Source: Octopus sinensis (Eukaryota). Taken from it: a stretch of 64,000 nt of DNA. A program made the translations under genes and the position numbers. The stretch spans positions 98,270,001-98,334,000 of the forward strand of contig NC_042998.1 in NCBI RefSeq assembly GCF_006345805.1, given 5' to 3'. Within the stretch, counting starts at the first letter, position 1. Each line of letters starts with the position of its first letter. Of the stretch, positions 61,561-64,000 are shown in pieces. The notes beneath the pieces were generated by a model. It was not told where the DNA came from. It was given only the letters and a program-made list of their open reading frames with translations, and did no database searches.

Positions 61561-64000
61561 TGGGATGTGGAAATTCTGATGTTTCTTTTATAACTTAAAA
61601 ACTAATTACTTTGCAACATCCTTAATAATCCAGTCATCTACTTTTGTAGATCTCACCTGGGTCTCTTGAATACTGGTCCTCTGTTTTATCCTCACATGAT
61701 ACGCTTGTACTGTTGTTTGTTGTTCTCAAGGCTTTTGAGTAATAATATGACATCCATCCAGTTTTTTGATGGTAGGACAATACCACTTATATTAATATTG
61801 CTATCTGGTCCTTGGGGAACTTTAATGGGATTCCATTCCATTGCAAGCAACTGCACTACACTCTTGATCTCCCACCCATGTTTTTCCTGCAGATGTTCAT
61901 ACTAAATCATTGGTTACAACAGTTTTAATAATTCTCTGGCATTTATATCATAAAATTATTGTTTATTGATTTCAAAATTATATTGACCCAGAAAAGTGTC
62001 ATATCTTCATATTTATTCTCAATCAATAATGTATATCTCGATTTGATAATTGTTTTCACACAGATGTTGCTATGAAATGCTAATATTATTTAAATTTTGT
62101 TTTGCATTTTTTTTACTAAATTCTGAAATTATATTTTATGCGTATTTGTATCATAAACACTGTTTGCTTTAAAACATAGAAAAGGTACTCTCATTTTAGG
62201 AATTTGGTCCCTAATATGTTAAATCTACCTTTTGGTTAATCTCTACAATGTATTTATAAATCTAAAGGTTTATAAGCTTTAGATCTATAAATATATTGAC
62301 AAATGAATTTTCATTTCCGTTCAAATTTAGAGACAAAAAAACATACTTATTAAGGATGAAACTTTCTGGCAATGTAAAAAAAAGAGTATGAAAAATATTG
62401 TAGATGTGATAATTATGATCTAAGTATTCTGAGGTTATTTAAGCATTTAAAGTATTGCATATCAAAATGATGTTACTAGGCTAGATTAACAAATGTTAAA
62501 AGCATATGACTAATAAAAAGCACATTAAAAAAATGAAACAAAGAACAAGCCTTTGTATCAGCTTTAGTGAAAATACAAATCTGATCCAGATTGCAGAAAT
62601 AAAAGGCATGAAATAAATGGGGAAAAAAATTATGAAATGATACATTTAATGTCATATAACTTCAGTATGGATTTTTTGTACTAGGAAATAAATGGAATTT
62701 CAAATTTTATTGCTGATGAAGTAAGTATCAGTTTGAACACAGGAAACACTCCAGTGTTTCCAAGATAGCCAAGTTGGACTTAAAATAATGGTTTCAAATT
62801 TTGGCATGAGGCCAGTAATTTTGGAGGAGGGGATAAGTTGATTATATTGACCCAGTGTTCAACTAGTAATTACTTTATCTACCCTGAAAAGATGAAAGGC
62901 AAAATCAGCTTCAATGGAATTTGGATGAAGATGGATGAAATGCTGCTAAGCATTTTATCTGAGGTGATAACAATTTAATTTTAGTTAATTTGAGATTAAA
63001 TTGTAACCCATCTGTAATTGAGAATGATAGAAAGAAACACCAACACTGTAATACTGTTTGAATCCATTGTGTAATAAACTTTAATTTGTGCTAGTTTCTG
63101 GTGTTTGATTAATAACTCATCTACAAAGTCCTTATTTTCTATTCTGTCAAAAATATCTGCATAAATAGAGTAATTATATCACAGGAACAGTTAGACTATG
63201 AAATAGAAATGTGAACTATATTAGTAAGATAGTTTCTTTTTATTGATACTTAAGGCAGCAAGCTGGCAAAATCATTTGCATAAGAGAGTCAATCTCTTCA
63301 ATCAGCTCATAGTGCCGCCTGCCTAGTGTCTGTGACTGAAGAGGAAATAACTATTCCAAAATGCTAGCATCTCCAGTCTGGGTAGGTGGCGCTATGAGCT
63401 GATCTAGGTGTATACACAACATTTGTCAACAAACTGGATTTACTTTCCCTGACAAAATGCAGCGAGTGGCTTGTTCCCCAGTTCAAACTCTCTGTAAGCA
63501 TATTATAACACTACAATTTTATTTATCACTGCTTAGCACTCCATCTCTGAAATGTTTAATGGTATTTCATCTGTACTAACATCCTGAGTTCAAATGTCAT
63601 CCTTTTGGGCTGATAAATTAAGTACCAGTTGAGCATTGGGGCCTGTGTAATCAACTTAACTACTCCTGGGTAAGAGTATAAAAACAGTATCCCTCTGCCA
63701 ATCCATGTTGAGTCAGTGTGGCAGAGTAGGCTCATCAAACCAGTATGATCTCAAGCTCAAATTCAGTCTCCACAACAGACTGTGGTTGGTGGAGGGAACA
63801 TGCTGAGGACTTTGTCCTGCAGTGGACTAAACATAGGTAGTCCAGTCCAAACCTGACCTATATTCACAGTACTCCATTTGTAACAATAGATTGTCACATA
63901 TGCAAAACCACTTAATATTTTAATAATATTGTTTAGTCATAAATATTTGTAATTTCTATTGTATGCTGTATATCTCTTTGATAGTCCATACAATAATTAT

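Noticed and set aside
38555-64000. SCaMC exon 2 and later exons
   Set aside because: No acceptor-bounded frame resembling EF-hands 2-4 or the carrier domain was found; probably beyond the window or missed.

Overview
AT-rich, CpG-depleted, transposon-dense animal genomic DNA. It is most likely an octopus (inferred from the repeat families, microsatellite load and the one recognisable host exon). The only confident host coding sequence is the first coding exon of a Ca2+-binding mitochondrial carrier (SCaMC, SLC25A23/24/25-like; 38387-38554, +), followed by an intron of more than 25 kb. A divergent minus-strand gene may start near 37.0 kb. The rest is mobile DNA: a near-intact full-length RTE LINE (53263-57198) with a ~99% identical truncated sister (24596-26139) and many older relatives and 3' tails, two R4/Dong-type RLE LINE copies at (TACA)n tracts, two CR1-like LINEs, two hAT transposons, a mariner, two MITEs and at least three tRNA-derived SINE families. 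The most unusual observations: (1) a 480-bp foldback element of two back-to-back tRNA-head units, each ending in a degenerate minimal hammerhead ribozyme, with a 13-bp target-site duplication (42646-43125); (2) a C4HC3 PHD finger inserted inside the RT domain of the RTE family; (3) apparent (TACA)n targeting by an R4-like element; (4) arrays of one hairpin motif, amplified at different periods in RTE 3' UTRs. All family assignments come from motif recognition, not database searches.
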